This document shows, piece after piece, positions 36,519 through 48,850 of a DNA stretch of 64,000 nucleotides (position 1 is the first letter of the stretch; each line of letters starts with the position of its first letter). Under the pieces are notes generated by a model, which worked only from the letters and a program-made list of their open reading frames with translations, was not told the DNA's origin and did not search any database. The translations under genes were made by a program, and so were the position numbers. Origin of the DNA: Octopus vulgaris (Eukaryota); contig OX597817.1 of NCBI GenBank assembly GCA_951406725.2, forward strand, positions 21,328,001 through 21,392,000, in the 5' to 3' direction.

Positions 36519-37070
36519 TCATGGACACATACATATTTACATAGTAGGTGTGTCAGTATAAATTATACCTATGTAATCACATACTTTACTATGAGGATTA
36601 TATTGGCTTCATCACTATTTATGAAAAAAATGTGCATAAAAACAAATTAACTTCTTTTCTTAAAAAACCACAGAAAGTAGATGTAAACAACTGTGTTTAG
36701 GAAACAGAATGCGACCTAGAATTTAAAACGTTCGGTCATTAGGTTTTATGAAAATAATTCTGTATAGAGTTATGGATGATTCGTATCTTATTATTATAGT
36801 TGTTGTTGTTTTTTTTTTTTACTTACTATTGATAGCGGTGTTTCTAATGGCCGACATACTATTGCATTTCGTACTCTTTATGTATTTATAGGCCGTTAGC
36901 TTGCTTTTCTTTCATGTAGGTTGTTAATGATGATATTCCTCGAATAAAAAAATATATATCTGAATCAATCAACATTCTACATATGCACGGAAAAACAGAA
37001 AAACATATATTTATATTTTATATTAATATATATATATATATAAAAATGCATATTTTTGTATACTCGTATT

Positions 37071-37102
<32 letters not shown>

Positions 37103-37124
37103 AACATTCGTTCAATATATATAC

Positions 37125-37203
<79 letters not shown>

Positions 37204-37271
37204 TATAACTTGAGTGACAACAACTCTTAAGATATACAACGGACTGGAAATAGAAGTGCTCCAATAAGCTG

Positions 37272-37925
37272 TATACACTTTTTTTTATCCAAGGGGAGGC
37301 AATGCGAGCAACAAACACAGGAACATCTCAAAATTCAAAGATAGCCCAAATACATACAAATCTTATATACTAATTTATATCTAAACAGTCCGACATTAAA
37401 AAAAACTTTTAATTCAGTAATATATAAGTAACATTTACAAATATAAATATAAATGTAAATTTTGCAAATAACACGCTTAAAACTGTTAGAATAAGAGAAA
37501 TAAGTATAATGATAAAATAAAAATATGACATATCAAAAGACGAATAAACTTCCGGCGAATAGTACATAGAATATAATACATATACAAGCTTACAAAAATA
37601 TAAGATATACAGAAGTCCATCTACGGGCCGTTTCGGGGATGTGCCAGTTAATATTAGACATATCAGTACTTAAAATAGTACTTAAAATTGGCACTCCCCT
37701 CATCAGGATGTCCTATACAACACATATCAAACATGAACAAATACACAATCACATACCAGCCATTCTCAGAACACGGCATTTACGTACTCCCAGAAATTTT
37801 TTTTTTATGTCAGACTGTTTAGATATGAATTAGTATATAAGATTTGTATGTGTTTGGTTTATCTTTGAATTTTGTGATGTTCCTGTGGTTGTTGCTTGCA
37901 TTGCCTTCCCTATGGATAAAAAAGC

Positions 37926-37930
<5 letters not shown>
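37272..37930 (-). mobile_element. fold-back element with ~130-bp terminal inverted arms and an internal hammerhead (Penelope pLTR-like)
   Basis: 37272-37405 (TATACACTTTTTTTTATCCAAGGGGAGGCAATGC..TCTAAACAGTCCGACAT) is the reverse complement of 37797-37930 with few mismatches. (TA)n lies nearby on both sides. Confidence 0.85.
37606..37719 (-). ncRNA. type I hammerhead ribozyme, complete canonical core
   Basis: Minus strand: tgtatagga-catc-CTGATGA-gggga-gtgcca..tggcac-a-tcccc-GAAA-cg-gcc-cg-TA^gatg-gac-ttctgtata. Helices I, II and III all pair. Predicted cleavage is between 37622 and 37621. Confidence 0.8.
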
Positions 37931-37963
<33 letters not shown>

Positions 37964-38044
37964 GTATCTACACACACATAAACATTCGTTGAATATATAT
38001 ACGTATATATATATGTGTGTGTGTGTGTGTGTCTATGTATATGT

Positions 38045-38332
38045 GGAGGCGCAATGGCCCAATGGTTAGGGCAGCGGACTCACGGTTTTAGAATCGCGGT
38101 TTCAATTCCCAGACCGGGCTTTGTGAGTGTTTATTGAGCGAAAACACCTAAAGCTCCACAAGGCTCTGGCAGGGTGGTGGTGGTGATCCCTGTTGTACTC
38201 TTTCACCACAACATTCTCTCACTCTTGTGTTGGCCTGCTCGCTTTATTTGATGGCTAAAACATTGCGAAGCGCATTGTGACCACTGATGTGTAGCAACAT
38301 CTGATAGCCTGGTCGGTCACGGTGATCAAGGT

Positions 38333-38335
<3 letters not shown>
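38045..38335 (+). mobile_element. SINE family C, with intact tRNA head and a different 3' half
   Basis: GGAGGCGCAATGGCCCAATGGTTAGGGCAGCGGACTC (A box) and GGTTTCAATTCCC (B box). Matches the 29769-30126 copy until ..TTCTCTCACTCTT (~38226), then diverges. Confidence 0.88.
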
Positions 38336-38374
<39 letters not shown>

Positions 38375-38413
38375 AACACACATACACACATATATATGTG
38401 TAGATGAATAACT

Positions 38414-38471
<58 letters not shown>

Positions 38472-39070
38472 GCATGTATGCATTCATGTATATGTATATA
38501 TTTATTTCTGTATACGTAAAATATCTAGTATTTATCCATTTTACACCCGGTTGTAGGATAATACTCAGCGTAATCGTCTGGATTATTTCAGCTCGTATTA
38601 TAAAATATTAAAATGAAATAAAATAAGGTGTACATAACTTGCTACTCAACAATTTCGGTAATTCGAAATTTGTTCCTCCCACAGTAGTGAATTCTACAAT
38701 GGGGATGATATATATCCTATTGACCCACTGTAGGCGTTTATAAGTATCTGTACAATATCGATGTGAAAGTCTTCGACTACATATTACGTCCTCTCCTTCT
38801 AACAGACGTATTGTATAAAAGTAAATCAATATTGAAGTAAAATATTTCCAGTTAACTATAAAGATTTGTCAGTCAGCTTAAAGAAATCAATTCTACAGCG
38901 TGTCTAATTTGTCTCACCTTAATAATTATAAGATTTATTTCAATAGAAACATCAGCATACCTTCTGGCTATTGGCTCCACAAAAATACATTACTTGAAAT
39001 ATCTTCAACCTCATATCTACATTGTACTGTGTGTGTATGTATATGAACATATATAAACGTACATATATAC

Positions 39071-39151
<81 letters not shown>

Positions 39152-39479
39152 AGTGTGTGTGTGTGTGTTTATGTGTGTGCGTGTTTCTGTGTGAATGTGT
39201 GTGTATGCATTTATGCATACACGTATACATAATCTTTGTCTTTTAATTTAGGAAAGATTAAAATTTTTATCGATACTTTATAGAATAGAGTGGTGGTATC
39301 GAAGTGCTAGTGATATTGACTGAACATACAATGTAATGATAAAGAATACTTCATTAGACCTGAATTAGGATTAAACAACGACCAACGGCTTCAACAACAG
39401 CGAAATCCTTTAAGCTCTTGCCGTATTGCTTCAGTTCTACAGCACCAACATTTCTCAGAAATGCTATCTTTTTTGGTTG

Positions 39480-40290
39480 TTCGCCTAGAGTCCCAATATA
39501 AATAAGCATGCGTTAAAGGGATTTGAAGTAGCACCAAGTATGTAGATTTTATGGAGAACGATTCACCCTGGCACACATCTTATCGGGGTACAAAACAGCA
39601 TTCATTCAAGGGAGATACAAGTGCAACAATGACAAGTTGCTCGCATCAATTTCTCCATCTATAAATCGGGAAAGGTTCAAGAAATTGCTACAATTTAAGA
39701 ACACACGCGGGGCCCGGTCATGGGATATGAAAGTGGACCTGGAATAAAGTCCGTACTTTCAAAGGTCGTACATACAATCCTGAGTCCAGATGTAGTTTTT
39801 TGGTCTGAAAATGGAAATAAAATAATCTTCATTGAGCTTAGTGTCTGATGGAAAGAAGGGTGTAATCAACCCCATGAATTAAGCGAGCCAAGTAGGAAAG
39901 CCGTCTGCGGGATTGCAGGGATAAAGAATGGAAGTTATGGCTTTTCCCAGTGGTCATTTTGTGTAGATAGTTCCCTGAATGGTAGGTAATGAAAATGCTT
40001 GCAGCCATTGGTATGATAGGAAAAGAAAGAATGTTGGCTGTGCACAGGATGGGGGAGGTAAATAAAGAGGTATGTTGCTTCTTATAGACCAAGAAAGTTG
40101 AGATAAGCTGGGAATCAGGAGGAAATGATGAACGCTGATTTTGCCAACTCTGCTAACTAATAATAAGTTGCAACGATTTAAAGCTGATACACCTACTGAT
40201 CTTTAGATACGTTTAATGACATCAAATGTTCCTGACCAAAGCTCCATCCACTTTGGTGAAGGGAAAAGATACTCCTAAATTTTATTAATA
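39480..40290 (+). mobile_element. decayed RLE non-LTR retrotransposon 3' part, HERO-like
   Basis: Manual translation, absent from the ORF track: CRFYGERFTLAHILSGYKTAFIQGRYKCNNDKLL / WDMKVDL / LSPDVVFWSENGNKIIFIELSV*WKEGC / CRDKEWKLWLFPV..CR. This is a CCHC knuckle plus PD-(D/E)xK endonuclease with the GRY.WRHD and ELTVPWE signatures recalled for the HERO clade. Confidence 0.78.
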
Positions 40291-40792
40291 ACATAATATA
40301 TATATATGCAAACTCACAGACACACAAACACACATAGACATACACACACACATACATGTATATGTATATATGTGTGTGTTTAGTTAGATAGGTATACATG
40401 TATGTATATGTATACGCGTGTATATATAAGCGGTATGCGAAAATTGCAACCTCATTCTCCGAAGGATTATCTTAGAAAATGACGAACCATTAAGATAAAA
40501 TATAGATACAGTATCTGAATATATGCTTCATGAAAGGTGAGCTAAAGCTAATCAAAATCAAGGAAAAACAAATTTAAAAAAAATACAACTTTGAAGATGT
40601 ATCGAATGAAATTTCTTGCAGGTAAAATGTCGAAATTTTAAACTTTCGATTAAATCTTTAAAAGTCGTGAATATTTCCACTTCAACGTTCCCGGGTTTAA
40701 GGCAATGAAAACTACTAAAAAGCAGTTCTTTCTGTTCTTATGATACTATTGAATTGCAGGTTGGACTCCACACACTCACACACACACACACA

Positions 40793-40863
<71 letters not shown>

Positions 40864-43800
40864 GTAAGATGCACTATATTACATTCGTGTTTGTAAACTG
40901 CATGCGTTTTGTAATTATGTTATTTTTTGTGATTTTTATCGGGGCCTCATAGTTCAGCAGTACAATTAAAGAACACACTTGGAGTGGAAAATTATTCTGG
41001 TGGAGTACATTCCTCTCTTAGGTATACCACCATAATACTTGTCTATCTTACTGAGTTACATCGATTATGTTAAATGGTCGAGAAAAACAGACACCTTCCT
41101 TAAAATATACATATAAGAGTAATAATATATCGTAGATCAATCTACCCATTCCACAAAACTCCAACACTTAATTCGTATACCTTCATTAAAACGTATATAA
41201 TTCTCGGATTGCGTATAAGAATCAGTCTTCCAATAAAGTTCCAACAGTTTCTACAGCGATTGTAATACAGATACATAAAACATGAAAGAACTAAATGAAT
41301 TCCAATAAACATTAGTGTATTAACCTCTTACTGCACTCTACTCTCAGCCATTCAACTGCTGCCACAAAGAATTTATGCTAATAATAATTTTGTTTCTTAA
41401 ACACAATATCTTGTTTATAAGTGCCAAAAGGGTGCATTCGATTACCACGATTTAGAAGTAGCAATAGTCCGTATTATATATTCTCTCATGGGATCGATAA
41501 AATAGGAATCATTAATGAATGTTGGGATTTGAGCTTAAGAACTTGAATCGTGAAATTAAATAGTATGAAACATATTGTCTGATTCTTCTTTTTTCTTCTG
41601 AACGGCCGTTCTCTTTCTCTGAATCGTTATGTAAATTAGCAATGATTTTATTGATCTGTGTGTTATAAAGCTACATTGTTACAGCTTGAAATCTGCTTAT
41701 TGAATCTTCGTTCCATAGACAGAGAAGACAATGGGATGCAAATTGGAAGTTTGGTGGGAAATACAGCAAATCAAGCATAGAAATAAATATGTTTCGTTAT
41801 TGAATGAAGTGGGAGGTGGATATCAAAAGCTGTAGGACATCGGACAGAATACCTTCAGTTAAACTACGTGTTGTGAAGTGGAATGATTTCTATAACGTTG
41901 GAATAAATGCGAATATTATTACATTTCGACCCTCTAATTACTGAGATCAATTCTCATTGGAACCGCAATTAACATTATTCCTGAAGCTACTTATATGACT
42001 AATACCAGTTATATACTCATCGATTGAACAAGCTCCTCGGAAAATAAGTGACAGCTATATTTCTCATATATATTTTAATGAGTCTTTTATAAGATTTATA
42101 TTACTGATCTATATTGCTGATCTAGAAATAAATCTTTCAACTTGTTTTACTCGGAACAGTGCCACTTTTAGGAGATGCAGAAAGTTCATATTTTCCTGTT
42201 CATTCTCCTAAGAAATTTAAGATTGTTGATACATATCACCCACAAACAGCTTTCGCCCTTATTTGTTCTGAGATCACAATTGCATTCATGACTGCTTACA
42301 CCACACTTACGCAAACATTTTGCTAAATGACCCTAAAATAAATAGTTGAAGTGAATTAAATATTCTACACAATGAATCTTAAATATGTCGCCCACTTTTG
42401 AAAATGGGTCAGGACTTGAGGAATAATGATGGCTTAAGAAAGATTTCATACGACGATGAACTGGAAATGGAATAACGTCTCGAATCAATTGTTTTCGAAT
42501 CCTTTATTATGTGAAGTGACAAATTATTATATCTCAGACTTTGGTTCTAATACCGCCGGAGTTATTATTATCTTATCTCATTATCTAGCAGATTTCAATA
42601 AAGAAGTCGTTGTTATTAAATAAGGAAACCATTATCAAGTAGATACCGTTCTACAATTCACTTTACAGAAATAGAGATTGTTTCTTTCTCGGATAGCAAT
42701 AACTAGGCATGACAAAATATAGTTAAGCATGATTTACTATACAAAATTTAAGCTCGTTATTATGTGGGGTACAATGACGGGGACATATTTATTTCGGTTT
42801 TCTGCGCTCTCAGTCCAAGTGCTACCGTCGTCAGTTTCCTTGTAATCATTTCAGAGTTGATAAATAAATTACAGGTCCAAGGCAAATGATTCCTGGAAAT
42901 GCTAATGTCGCACACAATATCAGTATCGACACTCTACATCTTGGTGGTAGCCATCTCGATGGCACTAGCAATAGTGTCGATGGTGCAAAGCTATGGTTGC
43001 CACAGATATTCATTGATGAAAATAAGTGGGAGTAATATAGGCCTCTGGTATGAGTAGAATATTGCTAATCATTCATGAACATTTTACAATCAGGGTATAT
43101 TTTCTCATAGAACATATACCCTGTTTATTCGTAGTTTCACTGCATATTTCGAAAACCATGAACTTCAACAGTAAATTCCTACTCTTATCGATGAACATTT
43201 CATGTATTTATTCCCTTGTAATTTATTTCATTTATGTATTCCTTCTTTTTCCATTTTGTCTTCATTCGTTTTTGTCACCTTTTTTGACATTGTTTTCATT
43301 TTATTCATCATTGGTTCTCCCCTATTCTTCTCTCCTTGTCTGTGATAATATTACTTCATTCCTTCCCTCGTTCTTAATCCCATTCATCATTGCATCCTTC
43401 TTCCCTTATATTACACTGTAGTGTATTTTATTGTATCCTAAAGCATTTCATTCGTCTTTAGCTCTTATATTTTCCCTAGATTATTTGTGCAAACATACTC
43501 ACTCACACGCAGGAAACTTTTCACATATGTTTTCGTTCATTTACACATGCCTTTTATTTATTCGTAATCTTATTCGTTCCTCAAAAACACAAATCCCTTC
43601 TTTCTTTCTATGTCGTATTCTCTCTGTTGTCAGACATCTTGCTGTGCCACATTCTTCATCTATTTCTCTCTTTCGTTCTGTCAATTCATACCTTATTTCT
43701 TAACTTCAAATTTTCTTCATGTTTCATTCATCTTTCAGTTGATTTTATATTTTTTAATTCTTACTTCTTTCAGAAGATCATACTTGGACTTACTTCAGCT

Positions 43801-44815
43801 ATCTTTGCGTTCTTAGATTTGCACGTTATTTGTTGCTTTCTTCGCACAATCCCGTGTTCATATTGTTTCTATATGCATCCAACTATTCCTCCTACTGCTA
43901 CAGCTGTTTTGAATGTGGAAGTGGTAGCGGCAGTGTTATTCTGCTTCCTTTGCAGAAAGCTTCAATTACTGCACCGTCTGTGTTTGGCGGTACCAATGAC
44001 AATGCTGATAGTAATACCAAAAACCATAGCTATGCAGCTACTGCTGCTGCTCCATTTACAACAATCACAATTTTATGCAATTGCTGATCGTGTCTGTTTG
44101 CTTTAACGTCTTTCGCAATGCCACCTGTACACCACTCCCAACATATATGATAGATTTCAACAAAGCCACAATCAGTTTAGCAACAACAACAACTATATAT
44201 GTGAAGGATATCATACAATACCCGGGAGTAATCTCTTAAAACATCCATTACATGGTGGACGTAAGAAAGTGTGGTACTAGACTAAAATTTTATAAATAAT
44301 TATTTCTTATATTGGTGGTGAATACTGGAAGTATGTTTGCGATAAGTGAATGGTGCTATGTCATATTAAGAAAAAAAAAACTAATGTATTTCTCGAACAC
44401 ATGAGAAGAATAAATTAAGAGAGGCGGCGTTAAGTGTGAATAGAGGCTAGCCGTAAGAGAAATAAATGCACAATGTCAAATAAATCGAGATTATAAAGAT
44501 AACGTATGCTAGATTTAATGCAGGTTTATGAGGAAATATAAGTATTGGAGAATATATTTTGCAACAGTATCAAATGCTTTAGCATAGAATGCTACTTAAA
44601 ACTATATTTCTCATAAACTAATGTGGAAAAGAAATAATGAATATGACTATAGTTATTAATTCGAAGGAACTAATATCGACTTATACAGGATGAAAACAAA
44701 AACATATATATTTTTATGATATTTGTTCTAAAACACGCATACATATATAATTTATATAATATATACGTGCATATATTTAGTATATATATATATATATATA
44801 TATAATATACATAGG

Positions 44816-45518
44816 AAGGCGGCGAGCTGGCAGAATCATTAGCACGCCGGGCGAAATGCTAGGCGGTTTTTTGTCTGCCATTACCTTCTGAGTTCAAATT
44901 CCGCCGAGGTCGACTTAGCCTGTCATCCATTTGAGGGTCGATAAATTAAGCACCAGTCACGCACTGGAGTCGATGTAATCGAATTAATCCATTTGTCTGT
45001 CCTTGTTTGTCTTTTCGGTGTTTAGCCCCTTGTGGGTAGTAAAGAAATAGGTATTTCATCTCCCCTCTGTGTTTAGTCCCTTGTGGGTAGTAAAGAAATA
45101 GGTTAATCGTCTAAGAAGGCGGCGAGCTGGCAGAAACGTTAGCACGCTCGGCGAAATGCGTAGCCGTATTTCGCCTGCCGCTACATTCTGAGTTCAAATT
45201 CCGCCGAGGTCGACTTTGCCTTTTCATCCTTTCGGGGTCGATTAAATAAGTACCAGTTACGCACAGGGGTCGATATAATCGACTTGAATCAGTTTGTCTG
45301 TCCTTGTTTGTCCCCTCTGTGTTTAGCACCTTGTGGATAGTAAAGAAATAGGTAGTTCGTCTGCCGCTACGTTCTGAGTTCAAATTCCGCTGATGGCGAC
45401 TTTCCCTTTCATCCTTTCGGGGTCGATAAATTAAGTACCAGTTACGTAGTGGAGTCGATGTAATCGAGTGCCCCCACCTCCATGAAAATTCCGGGCCTTG
45501 TGCTTAGAGTAGAAAAGA
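44816..45518 (+). mobile_element. SINE family B tandem cluster (a monomer followed by a dimeric copy)
   Basis: Heads AAGGCGGCGAGCTGGCAGAA at 44816 and 45116. The TTCTGAGTTCAAATTCCG core occurs three times; the tail ..GGCCTTGTGCTTAGAGTAGAAAAG matches the 1641 end. Confidence 0.92.
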
Positions 45519-46492
45519 GAAAAGTATATACATACGCTTCTCTGGATCTTTCCTTCTCCTATATTTCCGACGAAGAGCGTCCAATAATACAATATTTGTT
45601 CCACGTCCTCGCGTTGTTGTGTTTTGTTCTTTCTTGTTTGGATTAACTATATATATATGTTTGCTTGTGTGTGTATTTGTACGGAGCGTGGGAGTTGTGG
45701 GTGTGTGGAGTGTGTGGGAGTGTGTGGCTGTGTCTGTGCGTTGATGTGTTTGCGTATGTGTATGTACGCTGTTGGTGTAGTAGTATGTAGCACTTTAAAT
45801 TGTAGGCTGCAAGCAATATAGTGAAGGACCTGTCCTGAATATTTCGTAGGCACGCTTTGCGATACTTCACGTTGTGATCTATCAAATTATCAAAGAATCG
45901 AGATATCATATATCTAGTTAAGTTTCATTCATGTAAATGTATAACCAAATCGTCTCATATAAAATTTAAATGGTAATATAGGATGATGCTTTTCATAAAA
46001 GGAAGGAATACAGAATAAACAATGAGTAGATTTATTGTTAGATTTATGAATATTTCCAGTGGGTGAGAGTGCTGGAAAATATTCAAGAAGTTTAAGCCTG
46101 TTATCATTTTTATATATTTATGTTTTTTTTTTTTTTGCTTTAAGAAATTGTTACAGGTTCGAAATGTTTATTGTGTGTCCATAATTATACAAACAATAAT
46201 ATATTGTTTAAATATAGCCTTCATTGCATTACAGATGTGATCTATCGTCACGACTGTCTGAAATTAAAGGCGATAACATCAAGAAATATTATTGTTATAC
46301 ATATTTAGACGCTTGTGTAACAAAGCAATACATAAGGATGAAGGTAGAATTTCAACTCATATTTAAGAACATTTGGAATATAAATCTTCCTGATAGATGT
46401 CAAGCAGACATTCTAACACTTTATCACCTTGTAAATTTAAGGCAATATGACAATAGTTCATCACTGGTTGAGCACACACACACACACAAGCA

Positions 46493-46557
<65 letters not shown>

Positions 46558-46828
46558 TATTCAAACTATTTGAATTTGAATATGTATTAGCCGGACTAGG
46601 AGGATGATAAACTAATCTGTCTTCTACCCCTCCTTGAACTTTCATAACGTTCATATATATATATATATATAATTTGAAAGTAATGTTTTAAAACATCACG
46701 GAAGGTATTATAAGAAATTTAGATTGTTTATGAATATATTAATGGCCAAACATTTTATCATGAAACACACAGCTGAACGTTTATAATTATGACTTGCTCA
46801 TAATTATAAACGTTCTTCTACACACACA

Positions 46829-46916
<88 letters not shown>

Positions 46917-46939
46917 CATCTATAGATAGATAGATATCC

Positions 46940-47192
46940 CCAGGTGGTTTGGGTGTTGCGCTCACGACTGCAAAATCGTCGTTTCAGTTCTTACACCAGG
47001 TGGTGCATTGAATTCTTGAGCACAAACGCTATCTTACGCTGCTCTGCTATCACTTCGACACCTGACGTGTGGTACTTTGTGCCCCTGCTCAGGCAACGTC
47101 AATTTGATGAAGGGAATGAGCTAACCACTCATTTGTGTAGGTCGTTCACCAGAAGTTGAAAATCCATAGGTCGTCTTCGACGGGAGAGTCCA
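46940..47192 (+). mobile_element. degenerate tRNA-derived SINE (family C-like head)
   Basis: GGTTTGGGTGTTGCGCTCACGACTGCAAAATCGTCGTTTCAGTTC head; tail GGTCGTCTTCGACGGGAGAGTCC. Confidence 0.55.
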
Positions 47193-48309
47193 TCGCGTGT
47201 GCGCGTGCATGTTTGAGTGATATGCGCATCTGAATAATTTAAAAGAATTGCATGAAGAAAAAAAATGAATTCCTAATGATTTGCAAGCTTCATTCCCTGC
47301 AATAATGAACTTCGTATGATATTTACATATAGGAATTCTGTATGCATATAAAATTCATGTCACTTCTCTGCACATGCTTAATACAAAGAAATGTCCAACG
47401 GTTGACCCTTGTTTGAGCAGTTGCTGTAATCATAAATATAAAATGTCGACAAACCTTTATGATATGCAATTTTCTGAAAACTCTGAATGTATCTATCATA
47501 GTTCAATGACGTGTGTCTATATTCTTCACTCTCAATATTCTTCTGCAGGCTATATTCACCTGCGCTACGAATTGAACTCATACCCTTGAAAAGAAATAAC
47601 TTTACCTTATTTGTGGTTAAAGTTCTCTGTTAGTAAGATAGGCTTCGGCTGTGGTGCACAGATCTATTTATATAAATCCTCGTCTCTTCTATTATGTGTC
47701 CTATTCTAGCTTTGCAAACGGAGAAAAATTTACTTTCAATTATTCCACTATTCCGCTATTGAAGAGCCTACCACTTTTCACACATCGTTAATTAGACATT
47801 AATGAATAGATTAATGCATGTAATTAAATAGAACTTGAAGAGGAATAGATACATTTTCTTTTAAATACTTTTCTTTCGAGTATTTCTTCATTCTTAGGGA
47901 AATCAGAGTTGAATAATGAAATAGTCAAAGAATTCATTTAAATTACCATGGTTCTTTCTAAGTCATGAAGTGAGTATTTTATTAGACGATTAAATACGTT
48001 GAAATACAGAATATTATGAATGAATAATTCGATGGTATCTAATGGCTTATTTATTAAGGTACATTTATAATTGAATGAATAGTGTATATGAAAGCGAGTT
48101 TAAGAATTAAAATAAAATAAGTTTAAAAAATTAAAATAAAAGGGAATATGAACAACTAATTCCGTCTGTTATTGTGATGAAGAATACGGGGTTATGAGGT
48201 TATATAATTACAATTCAGGGATAAAATACAATAAATTCCTCGCATATTTTACCGAAATATGAAGTCTGTCTGTGCTTGTGTGTGTGTTAATGCATAAATA
48301 TATTTGAAA

Positions 48310-48390
<81 letters not shown>

Positions 48391-48421
48391 TGTGTGTCTG
48401 TGTGAGTTTGAGTTTGTGTGT

Positions 48422-48567
48422 AGGCGCAGAAGTGCGTGTGTTTGGTTCTCAATCGCATTGTTGGGAATACAGTTCCAGACTACTATAGCCTCCCGTGCGG
48501 TTACCAAACCATAACAAATGGATCTGGTAACCGAATACTGAAAGAATCCCGTAGCATATGTGCGTGC

Positions 48568-48602
<35 letters not shown>

Positions 48603-48850
48603 TGTATGTGTCTGTGCGTGTGTATGTGCACACGTACATGTGTGCGTGCGTGTCTTTGTACGTGTTTGTGTTTGCCCGCAGCCGCTTGACAACTGGTGTC
48701 AGTGCGTTTACATCCCTCTAGCTTAGATGTAAAGTAAATGTCAGGCTACAAAATTAAAATGCTGGTGTGTATCCATTCGACTAAAAGAAATTTCAGGCGA
48801 TGCCCCAGCATGACCGCAGGCTACTGACTATGGAAAATGAAAGATAAAAG
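48422..48850 (+). mobile_element. SINE family A, diverged copy
   Basis: AGGCGCAG head, TACTATAGCCTC, AATACTGAAAGAATCCCGT, internal (TG)n, GCTTGACAACTGGTG, GGCGATGCCCCAGCATGACCGCAG tail. Confidence 0.8.

Noticed and set aside
38045-38120. Possible tRNA gene
   Set aside because: It has A/B boxes but no complete cloverleaf, and it continues into a SINE body shared with 29769-30126.
39838-40092. Minus-strand ORF with an 'FHSL..RR' tyrosine-recombinase-like look
   Set aside because: The plus strand explains the region better as a HERO-like endonuclease.
42922-42985. Nested hairpin ATCGACACT..GCCATC-tc-GATGGC..AGTGTCGAT
   Set aside because: Short imperfect stems, single copy, no family match; could be chance.
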